A stretch of 64,000 nucleotides of DNA from Trichoplax sp. H2 (lineage: Eukaryota): NCBI GenBank assembly GCA_003344405.1, contig NOWV01000002.1, forward strand, positions 1,364,001 to 1,428,000. The letters are read 5' to 3'. The notes beneath the pieces were generated by a model. It was not told the DNA's origin. It worked only from the letters and a program-made list of their open reading frames with translations, and made no database searches. Positions 37,503 to 50,300 of the stretch are shown in pieces (position 1 is the stretch's first letter; each line of letters starts with the position of its first letter). Made by a program: the position numbers and the translations under genes.

Positions 37503-38006
37503 CTAAAAATCATAACGATGATTCGCAATCATTTCAAGCACCATGCGAAGCGATGATTCGCAATCATAATTCAACACGGTATGATTGATATTTTCTATGA
37601 GTTGTTCATATCTTTTGACAGTGTCTTGAAGATTTGTTCTTTCATGAGATGACCGACGTCTTCGGTTTCTTGAGTAAGAACGGCTCTTCTTCTTTCTCCG
37701 CATTTTGCTAATTAGCATTTTAGCGCTCTTTCTTTCAGCCTTTGGCATTTTCTGTAGCAATCTATTGCGTACTTTAGTATTTTTATCAGCCAATTGATCG
37801 ACAGTAAATTCTGTAAGCAAGTATATGCTCGATTTTAGATAGGCTTCGTCGTCGTCCAAGACTGAACCAGACGGCAAATCGTTCCTTTGAGGATTCGAGG
37901 CTTCGACAGTTGGCAAGCTGGGGTCATTTTGAATAGCACAATCGCTGAAAATCTGGCTTAGTTCCAGGTACCAGTCACCATGTTCGCTATTGCTTTCGCT
38001 AGCCAT
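37503..38006 (-). CDS. Highly divergent Maf/CNC-type bZIP-like protein (single coding exon; ATG at 38006, MASESN...)
   Basis: FTVDQLADKNTKVRNRLLQK...LISKMRRKKKSRSYSRNRRRR resembles Maf FSDEQL..MSVRELNR.L...RRTLKNRGYA. It is followed by LQDTVKRYEQLIENI and has an acidic N-terminus. Spacing parallels the 33811-34260 protein. Confidence 0.62.
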   Translation of the reverse strand: MASESNSEHGDWYLELSQIFSDCAIQNDPSLPTVEASNPQRNDLPSGSVLDDDEAYLKSSIYLLTEFTVDQLADKNTKVRNRLLQKMPKAERKSAKMLISKMRRKKKSRSYSRNRRRRSSHERTNLQDTVKRYEQLIENINHTVLNYDCESSLRMVLEMIANHRYDF

Positions 38007-38159
38007 TTTCCAAGACAGAATAACTATATTTGTAGTTATCCTCGTAAACTTCAAAATTTGGGAGAAGGAATAGAGCCTTACCGCGACTTACCGCGCCTTT
38101 TTTCAGTTGACCCTTCGGAGATGGCTCTCAACTAATAACTTTTGAACGCAAAAGGAACC

Positions 38160-38420
38160 GGTTTTACAGTATAGTACAGTACTTACTGTACAGTACAGTA
38201 CAGTCTAGAAGTACTGTAAAGTACACTATGTACTGTACTAAAGGTCATTTTTTTTCTTGCACAGTACAGTACAGTAGTCATTGACATATTGCACAGTATG
38301 TCGCCTACTGTCCAGTCTCTTTGTACACTCATTCTAGCCTGTACCCTAGGGTTCAGAGTCCTGGATCAGACATGACTGGGATTACTTTCTCTTTACTGTA
38401 CAGTGTACAGTACACCATTT
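38160..38420. repeat. Dense TACAG/TACTG pentamer patch immediately upstream of the third bZIP gene
   Basis: TACAGTATAGTACAGTACTTACTGTACAGTACAGTACAGTCTAG, ACAGTACAGTACAGTAG and TACTGTACAGTGTACAGTAC. Confidence 0.85.
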
Positions 38421-39978
38421 TACGTACCGCGCGTACATTGCTGTACTTCCCGGATTCTGAATTGAAATTCCGTACAAGTATAGAATATTATTATTAACGG
38501 TTCATTATAATATTATTGTTATTATATTTTAAAGTCCAATTTTTTTCTATGCTCGGGGCTGGGTAGAAAGTACCGTACGCTGTCTAGTAACCGATTATAT
38601 TATAGTAGTTATAATAGCGAAGAGAAGGAAGCTTTGTTTTAATGTTAATGCAGGTTAGCACTTGGCTTCGTTTTTGCACAGTACAATCGTACGGTAACTG
38701 CACTGGCCAATTTCCTTGCATACACGTACACTCTATAGCAAATGAATAAGATAATTGTTTACAGAATAAAATAATTCTTGTACAGTACAGCGATACGCCT
38801 TGTCGACTTGTGAACATATGTAATTATGAACTATTTTAGGGGGGGGGGGCGCTTACCCATGACGTTAATTCACTGCTAATGACCGATTATTTAATTGTGC
38901 CATGGATGCTGTACGCGTACATTTAAATAACAATAATGGCACTTTTAGAAAGTAAGATAGCAAATCTATCAAGCACAATCTTTTACGATATTGCTCATTC
39001 ACTGCACTTGTAAACGATAATAAATTTACCTTCAATTGATAGGACAATCGTGTCGACATATGGAAAATAATATAATGCTCTCACTAGGTTGAATCAACGC
39101 TAATTGCATGAAATCCAGATATTATTACAAGACAATTACTCAATTAGTAAATTAATAAGCGATTGTGATCAATATTTTCCCATCTGTACTCTATCAATGC
39201 ATGATTCATCTAACTAATGCTAAGGGCTTACATAGAACCGTCAACTTGTTTAGCTCTTGTAAAATATACCGGGTTAAGATGCACACAGTCAAGTTTACTT
39301 AAAGTTCTGTAGCCATCCTTTATTGCAATTAGAAGTAGGTGTGAAATAAAGCTACTAAAATAGATTATAGTTTTGATTATCGTGGTCAACATGTTTTGTG
39401 GAAGCCAAATTAGATATAAGAATAATTTGATTTAAGTTGCCAACAATATGCATTTATAAGTTATAGTGATGGCAGGGTATAATACGTTGATTGAATTTCA
39501 TACAGGAATGTAGTAATTATGCGCTCTCCTAAGATGGGAACAAAATGTTCTTGTTGTATGATCGCTAGGTCGTAAACATAGAATGTACGTAAGTAGCTTC
39601 GCTGCCAGGCCGTTTACTATTGGTGATTCAATTGGACATACCATACAGTACATGTAACAAAATTCGTTATGATTAATTTGCTGAAGTAGATAGTTTTGTT
39701 TGCTATAGTCCATCTACTACTCGTAACCTATTTTGAATATACATCCATAGTAAAATCCGTTTCACGCGTATTCCGAAACTTTTGTGATGAAAATTGTGTA
39801 CGATACGGTTAGAGAAGTGGGTTGCCTTACGTAACAGAAACATTTCCTAAATATCGTGTAGTATATTTATGTACTCACCCTTAGCAGCACGTAAAGTTTT
39901 CTGTTAACCAACCCCAAAATTATTTATTTACTTGTTTATTCACTTGTTGGCAGCCGCAATACACTAATATATCACAGG

Positions 39979-42900
39979 ATGGCTAGGCAAAGATTAATAT
40001 ACCTCGTATTTATTGGAATTACTTATTTGATGGCTTTACCTTTGGCAAATACGTTGTTGAGAGTAAAAATTGGTAAGATCATAGTTTAATTGTAATTGCA
40101 CATGATATACGAATTTAAACAGCAATCAGCATATAGAAAGACTTTGCTAAAATTATTGTAAAACGATTTACAATATATTAGGTGAAATACACTTATTTTG
40201 AATCTAAATCATTTAGAGCACAGTGCTTGCTATTATGAATTAGACTCGTTATCTGGTCTTTAATTTCTTAATGGTCCTGACCGCTTATTTGCTTAAGATA
40301 CGAATCTGTTTAATCGAAGATAGTGATATTTGTACTATTACGATGATTATATTGCAATAGATCATTGAGTAAAAATAGTGTTACCCTTACTTTCAATTGA
40401 TGGCCAACTGATAGGTTTAATAGTGCCATATGAAGCCGTCGAGATCGGAGATACTATGAAATCTGCTGAAGATTATATCAATCGCATCTTATTTGCCGAT
40501 AAAATTAATGTAAGCTATTCAATTGTCTATGCAAATATCTCGGACCCTGTGGATAATGTTGTGAAAGGTATGCTATTCTAATTAGCACTATAATACGTTA
40601 GATTCGTGTGCCAATAACATACTCGATCAATAAATTGGACATTAACCGTAACTGTACTATAATCTTATACTTATAACTACTAATCGTATCATACCATAAT
40701 GGATATCCTTGAAATCCATGTAGAAGTTCACGCTTTGAGTATAGTTGTCTGACAGGGTTTATAAACTATATTTCCATATTTAGGGTGTAAAGTAATGCAA
40801 GATGGTGTCATAGCAGTAATTGGACCGCTAGCTGATAACATGGTGGAACAACTTCAATGGATTTTCTCCTCTGTACACATACCCAATATTGCGCCGTTAG
40901 CATCAGACGTGTCCAATTCTAGAAGTTCCAATTTTCAATATCTTATACGTTTAGTACCTCCACACAGTGTGATGGTAGAAGCTGTAGCGTCTATTTTCAC
41001 TAGCTATGGCTGGAATAAAGCTGCTCTACTTGGATCAGACACAAATTTTGGTAAACATTTATCGACAGTATCCATTACTTTTAATATGTATTTCTCTAGA
41101 AAAGCCATATAGTAGAGCTGAATGATCTTAAATGTAAATGTAGAATTAACTATGCAAGATGATTAAGAGCTGAAGAAATTGTGATAGTTAACTGTAATTA
41201 TAATTATCAGTCGCTAAATGTTCAGATTGACTGTAAATTGCTTAGGCATCAAATCGTTGACGGAATTTACAATCCTTGCTTTGAAAAACCGTTGGAAAAT
41301 ATTAAATTTTGAGCTATTTAGTATCATAAGCAATACTTCAACAGATGTTACGTTGGATGATCGGCTAAAAAGAATTAAAACTTCAGGTATTAACTCCAAC
41401 TTGGGTGTTCAGTCATATCTTATTTTGTGTAGATACTAGAGGATGTAAGGTGTTACCCAACTATATGTCTCGATGATAGTCTTTCAGACTGGTTCCTTTT
41501 AATTCTCAGTTTAGCAAATTAATACATTAATTAAAAAAATAGGAGCAAGAATTGTAATATTAGCAGCGGATTCTCGACAAGCAATGGATGTTATAAATAA
41601 GGCTAACAAATTATCTATGCTTGAAAGTGGATGGGCTTGGATTCTTTTAGTTGACGTCGCTGATAAGGTAGTGAGTGATATTGTAACGTCCAAATTGTTA
41701 CAATTTTATGCTCTTAATGATCTTTATAAGATAGTACTTTAACAATGTTAGTGCCATAGTAAGTATACCTTATAGTGCTTTTTGATTTGCATTCATATTA
41801 CGGTGTTAATATTAGGATGGTTTCAAGCTAGCTTTCCCTGTATACAGTGATGGATTATTGGTAGTAACACAGACGGCTGGTAAGGGGCAACTATACGATG
41901 ATGTCATTGGTCGCTATCCAAATTTACAGGTAGTGTAGGTAACAAGTTCAGAATGCTGCATTTGTTAAGCAAATCTGCTACAAGTACTTTTTTATTTGTT
42001 ACCATAAGCATAAGGAACGAAGCATAGTGTCGTATAATTTAAAAAATTAAGTACCGAACCATAAAATTTAGAATTAGTACAGCTTTCTTATTTCTATAGC
42101 CGATCCTTTTGAAATACTTTGATGCTGCATTAGCTATTGCTTATGCGGTCAATAACCTACTCGACGATGGAGTAATCATCCAACCTGAAGGGATGAATTG
42201 TATAAGAGAATCCGTTGATCCGTGGCAGCATGGCAAAATTCTCTTAAAACGCATTAATTACGTTTGTATCAAATGCATCGGCTTAAAAATTTTATATAGT
42301 TAGATGAAACTTCTGACTAATTTACCTGTTAGTTATGCCATATGAGGTTTCTCTCAAATATTGATTGATATCTTTCGTTTTATTTCTCAAGGTCTTGAGT
42401 GTTGGTAATGAGATCACTTATGATAGCGTGTCTAAATTTCCGTTCGCAAGTAGTCTATATCCACCAAATGCGGCTTATGAGATATTTAATTTTCACTATC
42501 CGAACTGGATAAAGGTGCTAGCTTTGGGCAATATGATGACTACATAAGAACTCAAAGCATGTCATAATTTAAACTATTTTCCATATAATACATATATTAA
42601 TGATTACCATCGCTGTAGGTTGGTAAATGGACAAACGTTCAAAGATTATTTCTAGACAAGAATAATACACGATTTTTGGGTCAGTCCTCGATTATATCAG
42701 ATAGCGGATCTGCTATATTTGGAAAACATCTAATCGTGACCACAGTTATAGTATGTCATATTATTTTTTTATCAATACCGCTATATGTGCTTGTTCCCTT
42801 ACTTTACATCGTTGCATATAGGAGGAACCATTTATGATGAAAAACAACAAAACAGGAAAACTTTCAGGATTTTTGGTCGAGCTACTTGAACAGTTAAGTT

Positions 42901-45202
42901 TAGATCTTGGTTTCACTTACACTTTACAATTTCAAGAAGATGGCCAATACGGTATTCCAGAATTGACCTCTGACGGTGTAAAATGGAGTGGAATGGTTGG
43001 CTCATTAATGCGGCGGGTAAGCTCATAAGACTAATACTTTCACTAATTACAATTAATAATAGATAGATAATTATATTTAAAGAGCAGAAATACTTAATGT
43101 AAAGTACTATATATGAACATGTATACAGCAGCAACTAAGAACTGAGCGAGCAGCTTTGCTACAAAACGTTAATATCACTACGCTTACTTGTAAGAGTATT
43201 TTTGATAATCATTATTATGGTGAAATGATAGGAAGTAGATTTAGCAGTAGCCCCTTTGTCAATTACCAAGGAACGTGAATTGGTCATTGATTTTACAATG
43301 CCGTACTTGGAGAATGGTTATAAAATGTTAATGAAAAGACCTGAGTATCATTCTCCGTCAGTCTTTCAATGTTTTGCTCCATTAAGACCGTTGGTTTGGT
43401 TGATGATAGCGATCGCGATATTATTAATTTCCGTAACAGTAACTTGCATTCATTACTTTGGCCCGAAAGATTACGTCAATGAGCAGTTACATTTATTACC
43501 GAATTATCAGTACGGTGGCTTACCTTCTGAACAAGATATTCGAAATTGGGTCGAGGACAACAAGGCAGACATAAAGGCATTAAATCTTAGTAATAGCGTT
43601 TGGTCTACGTTAAGCGCATTTTTACAGCAAGGCACTAATTACAATCCAAGATCACTACCGTTGCGCTTTATTACTGCAATTTGGTGGTTAGCATGCACAA
43701 TTATTATATCCACTTATACCGCCAACTTAGCCGCGTTCCTGACGGTTAATAGACTAGATCCAGGTAAATATATTTAAAACATGCAATTTCATTCATGAAT
43801 GCGAATTTTTCATCGTTAGTAGCCAGCAATGTTGCAACATTGTAAATATAGAAGGCAGTTGATCTTGTATGAGATACGTTGTGATAATAGATGGTTGAAA
43901 ATAAAGTAATTTACTAACTGCTATAGGTAATATTGCGTAACATTTCGAGGTTTTAATCGCAGGACCATGGATAACTGGTTACAGACTCCACCAGCAGATT
44001 CCATAATTTTAGTTTAAATAAACTCGTCGTTTCTTCGAAAGCAAACCGTCAAATTTGTATTTCCTTACATAAAGATCTTCTCATTCTTTTTTTTCCAGAA
44101 ATTACATCTTTACTTCAGCTATCGCAGCAACATAAAATCAAATATGGTTTACCTGCAGGAGGAAGTATACATAATCACTTTAGAACTTTAAATTATACAC
44201 CTTATCCAGAGATGAGACCGCATTTGAAGTTAGTCAATAATACTAATGAAGGAATCAAAGCTGCCAAGAAGGGTGGTTTCGTTTTTCTTTATGATGCTTC
44301 TACGTTAAATTATCTTGTTACTCAAGATTGCTCTCTGATAACCACTGGTCAGGAATTTATCAAGTCGAGCCATGCTCTAGGCTTACCACCAAACTCTCGC
44401 TATACCACGGAGATTACATTGGGCATATTAAATCTTCGAGTAAATGGATTTATTACAAAAGGGCTTGAACGTTGGTGAGTACGGTGTATATTATGAATTA
44501 TTAATTCTGGTGAATGTTGTCAGTCTTACATTTAAATTGAGCTCATTAACAGAGAATTACTTTATTGAAATAGATATTATAGAAACTTCATATTTTTATT
44601 TTATTTGCGATGTGTAAGCTGGTTTTAATTTAATTTTTTGTTCAGGTACGGATCAAAAAGGTGTCAAAATGCTGATCAGTCACCCAAAGCAAATTATCAA
44701 ACAATTGGAGTTGAACATTTGGCTGGTGTCTTCTTAATAATTCTCTGTGGAATAGTTATAAGTTGGATAATTTTAGTTATACAATGGTATATCGCTGCAT
44801 ACCGCAATTTCAGAAGTAAATCCAAGGGTAATATGGAACATATGGTAGGTTGATACGTGACTAAGATGATGTCTATACCGCGAATAATTTAAATTAATTG
44901 ATCCATAAGTTTGGTATTTAATTTAAAAACTAGTACAAAGTCACTTGCTACACTCTGATATTAATATTGATTTCATAATTAATTTTATAATATATATCGA
45001 TATATTAAAATTTGCTAGTACTATCATGTTAGCAAATTACATTACTAAAACTAATTTTAGGATTTTATATAAATTTTTATAGAAATCGAAGAACATTTTA
45101 GAGGCTTCGCGTAGAAGATTTGATCTAATATTACTTATTTTAAGATTAATGAATGCCTCGGATAGCGTTGTTACCGAAAAGCAAACGGCAGTGGAAGTCT
45201 GA
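39979..45202 (+). CDS. Ionotropic glutamate receptor subunit (non-NMDA, AKDF-like), paralog 1; multi-exon
   Basis: Signal peptide MARQRLIYLVFIG..., ATD (GVIAVIGP, YGWNKAALL), S1 (EEPF, DGQYG, WSGMVGSL, DLAVAPLSITKERELVIDFTMPY), M1, M2 with AFLQQG, M3 STYTANLAAFLT, S2 (GGSI, FLYDASTL), M4 (LAGVFLII). The last exon ends TAVEV-TGA at 45202. Confidence 0.93.
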
Positions 45203-47363
45203 AGTGATTCAATTTATTTCAATTTTAGTTACAGGGTGACAAGATCACTTACTTGTTTACTAGACACAACATTGTTAAGGAATCAGGAAACAGAAACTTC
45301 TGATTTTGTATTTGTTGCTATCGTAATTTTAGGATATCGGACGATCTCTTAAGATACAGAAATTAAGATTTGTGCTCTATTTGTGTAAAGGGTATGATAA
45401 TTTAGTGTGGCATGTCACATTGTTAATAGATAATTAATAAAATACTTGACAGAAGAATTAATAATAGAAGCACGTTTAACTTCAGTTACGTAATTGTACA
45501 TAACTAACTTTTTATAATACAATTAATGTTTGCAATGAAATCTATTATCGTAGCGCAGTCCCCAATCAGCTTAAGGTTAAGGTTATAAAATTGTACAAAA
45601 ATAGTGCAAATTAGAATTTGTTAAAGAAACGGTTTTATGCGAGAAAGTGAAATTTTTACTAGACACTGAATTTTTTTCTATAATGTTTTAAAAACACGTT
45701 ATCACTTACCCTTTAAGGCATCTTATTTATTGAGTTATAACAGCGTGAAACTTTTATTCATCAAGTGATTATAATGCTTAATTCAAAATCACGAAAAGAT
45801 AATATTGGCATTAATTGTCAGGCTTTGTAAGAGTGTCACTGCTATCGTGAGGCTTAGAATAAAAGTCCAATCGTTTTGGATATCAAACATTTATCTGATA
45901 ATGTAAAGCGTAATTCCTTTTTAGTTTGATCACCTGAATATCATATTAGTGATAAATTAAGAATAATGGCTTATACTTTAACCACCACAGTGAAATACTA
46001 TGAATAATATCAATGCATGAGTCGTACAAGCTCTTACCTGTACGTTTGTATCTGAATTAGATGGTATCAGGGCGTAATATTAATAATTATGAAGTGACTA
46101 AATCGAGCTTTGATAACCAAGTATTATCAAATTCCAAGTAGGCTCCGTTTACGAGATGTTATTACTGTTTTTAGCAGTATGATAGCATTTATGAAGTGAC
46201 TACCTAAGTTTAATTTGCTTAGTTACCAAAATAGCGATAATTTTCAGACGTATAATTATAGTAATATACAGTAAACTTAGATCCTGTCAGTGTCACTATA
46301 TACTACTATATTAAGTTACTCTGAAAATAATTTAGAAGGATAGTATAACAACATACTCGTATGCAGCACAATAATCATTTATCGCTGCTTATCTTTCACT
46401 ATAACGATCGTTTCCATATTTTGATATAAATATACGCATATGTCCTACATAGACGCTAAATATGATAAATACAGTATATTAAAATTTAAATTGTAGCCTT
46501 AAATACATTTTTTTAAAAGCTCTATAAGTTTAATAAGTTTAAATTGTTGATTTAGATCATTTGAAAGGTATGATATGCTATCTGCTGTAAACGCGATCGT
46601 AATTTGCTATATTTATTATTGAACGGCAACATTTTTGAAGAATATTTTTTTTATACAAAAGCTGACTTAATAATCACTTCCTTTCAATTTTATATAACCT
46701 TACAAGCCATTATTGTAGGCTACATAATCCGTCAATATTAATCACTTAGATATAGGAAAGGTTCAGCGTAACTTACGCAATCCTACCATTACAAATCATA
46801 AAGTTACACCCCAGTAATATTTCGTTGCTATTATCATTTGTGTAATAGAGCAAGTTAAAAGATCAAAGATAAGAAAAAATGATGATGTACTTCCGCATTT
46901 GTATTTACTGTCAAGCCATATTGCGTAAGTTTGGGTGTAGACTCCAATACTGGTCTTGAAGCAAGGGCTTTTGAAGTAAACAATAGGGTACAAAAGTTAT
47001 AAAGTGCTATTAATTTAATCATCCTACTTGCTAAAGGATAATGGATTTGCAATCGAGCTGATTGGAGCTAGATAATTACATTACATTAAATCAATACAAC
47101 GGAAAGTTGGATTTATGAAAGTTGTGTGAACAAATCCTCGCCTTGGCAATTACGTAAGATGCTATTGTACTAATGGTTGTTTCTCTCTCTTTCTATAAAT
47201 AGGAAACATTCTTAGTTGATTAGAACTTTCAACTTTGATTTTTCCGTTCAATATAATTTTCGATAGAATATTGAATTTGGCTAGATCATATTTCATTTGT
47301 TTGCAAAAAACTTATTGATGATTTTTGACGCTTTATATCGCTTGAAACCTAATCTTTAACAAT

Positions 47364-50300
47364 ATGGCTTCCAGCTTAACGTTTATCATTATGATTGCTG
47401 CTGCTGTATGGACAGCAACTGAAGCAGACTCTAAAATGAAGATAAAAATAGGTGAGCAATTTAAATTTCTTGATTTGCTGTTGTGCGATAAAATTAACAT
47501 TTTAACATTCTTGTAGTTTCTTTAAAGTTTGTTGCCGCTTTTGGTTCAAGCTTCTACGTTTATGCTATATTGAATCTGTTATTAAAGGATGTTATTGCAT
47601 TGGATATTAAATTTACATTCGATAGCTTTAGATATTACCAATACCAGCTACCTTAGGTGATATAAAGAAGATTTTCAAGGAATATAAATTCAAAAATTGT
47701 TGAAACGTGTATTGCAGGGAATATGTATTGTAGACTACAATTTGTAGTCCATATTCGCATGTCATCGTCATTTTATAGTATTTACATTGATCGGAAGACA
47801 AACTTGTTTTTATAACTTCCATATTTTAAACTTTCTAGCTAGTAGTTGCGGAGTCTTTACTGTATGTAATAATTGTGATACATAACAAATTGCCTAAAAT
47901 TACACTATATAATCAATACTTCCTGTATTGACCAACTTGTAGGAATATTTAAATGTTAAATTTTTATACAGGTGTGATACTGTCGAAAGAAATTAGCAGA
48001 GTTGAGAATGCTTTAAAGACAGCGGAACATTACATTAATAGTCATAAACTGCCAATCGAAACTCAAGTCAGTTTAAACATTGTCTATGCAAATTTCAGTG
48101 ATCCTTTCGACAATATGAAGAAAGGTAGCTTTATAAATTTTAGAGACGCAATGCTTATAAATAATTAATTACTGATTGATTGCTTTGGATATTGCAGAAT
48201 TGGGGTCATAAATTATTTTTTATTTATTAATTACATTAACTTAATAATCTTTTGTAAGATCATATATCATAATTGCGTTCACTTGTAGCAATGACAATTT
48301 TAATAACTAGGATGCAAATTAGTGGAGGATGGCGTCGTTGCAGTTGTCGGACCATTACATTATCATGCCGTTAGATCACTTCAATGGATTTACTCCGCGT
48401 TACAAATACCTCATTTGGCGCCGTTAGCATCGGATGTGTCCGTGGTTAGAAATCCGAAATTAGACTTTCTCAGACGTTTGATACCATCAAATGACAAGAT
48501 GTCGAAGGCTGTATCATCTATCTTTAATCACTACGGCTGGAAAAATGCGGCTTTGCTAGGATCTAAAACAGACTTCGGTAAGATTTCGTTAAAGTCCTTC
48601 AAACATCAAAGATATCACATAAATAATTCCTGTCTTCTGTGCCACTGAATATTATTGTGTGAAAACATAGCAATAAATGACTTGTCGTATTGTTGATCAA
48701 TAATGCCTTCATTTGTATAGGGGTTAACACATTGACAGAATTTACACTCTCTGCTTTGAAAAATCGCTGGAAAATATCAAATTTTGAACTGTTTCAAATC
48801 AGGCATGATTCAACTATAATGAACTTGGAAGCTCACTTATTGAGGATTAAGACTTCAGGTAATTCGTATTATCTATGGTATCTTATTTACCGTTGATTGA
48901 TTTATATTTTGTCTCTTTATCCATTATCACATTGCGTTTTTGATTTCTTACTGTTATTCTCATCTACAGTACTACATGGATTATCTTTTCAATTCTATTT
49001 TTCATTCTTCTATTGCACTCGTGATTAGGGCCAGAAATTGATGCTAATGATTTCGATTTGTTTGTAAATAATTTAATGCAGGCTCCAGAATAATCGTGTT
49101 AGCCACCGATATTAAACTTGGTGCAACTGTTTTAGAGAAAGCTAACAAACTGTCGATGCTTGAAAAGGGCTGGGCATGGATTGTGCTCACTGATCTTAAT
49201 GACAAGGTGATTTCATTGATGAAATAAAACATACTGTAATTAGATTTTGCACTTGTTAGGTGGTAACCCTTTTCAGCGTATGTTCACTTGCTCTGCATTG
49301 CGTATTACAGTATAACATAATCTTGTAATAAAATCGATCAAGCTAATTTTCATGGCAATATCAATGAGTTTTAATCTATCACCGCCCATAGAACGATTTA
49401 TCTACTGTATCGCCTCAATATACCGATGGATTACTAGCTGTAGGAATAGCTGCCACTAAGGGCCGACTATTTGATGAGTTAACGGAATTATATCCAGATC
49501 TTCAGGTATACATCATATACGATTTTAATATCTTGCATACGAGATGAGCCATATATTAGGCCAAAATGATGGATAGTAGGCTGCTAAGGAAGTTTAAATT
49601 TCCTATTTCATCTTTCCGTTATCAATATATAGCCGATTTATCTAAAATACTTTGATGCTGTGGTGGCAGTTGCGTCTGCCGTAGATTACTTAAGGAAGGA
49701 TGGAATCATTATTCAATCTGAAAGTATGTCTTGCATACATGAATTTTCAAAAGCATGGCAATATGGGAAGCTTCTTTTACAACGGATTGATCAAGTTTGT
49801 ACAGCATAGATTTATAATGCATAAGCATAATTTATCATAGTAATAATTGCAATAGACGTCATAAGTATAAGTTGAGAAAATATCATTGGTATGTCTTGAA
49901 ATCATGTTATATCATTCATAATTATTTTAAGATAATTGACCCTGTTACAAGTACCCACGGGAATAAGACGCTCTCCCCTTTTTCAACAATTATGGGTCAG
50001 TCATCTGAGAAATATGAAATATTTAATTGTCATGGCGCCGACTGGATACAGGTACTATGCTGATTTCTTGAACTAATTGATGCAGTAATTGAATAGTTAC
50101 AGAATATGTGCGTAATTTACATCAAACCATTGCAGCTCTATGACTAGCAACATTATTTACTATATGTAGGTTGGCACTTGGTCGAATAATACTTTTGAGT
50201 GGAATGCTACTCTAACCTACTTTCCTGGCCGACCTCTGGTTGTACCTGATACCGGTTCGGCTTTATTGGGACGACATCTTCGAGTTATAACAATTAAAGT

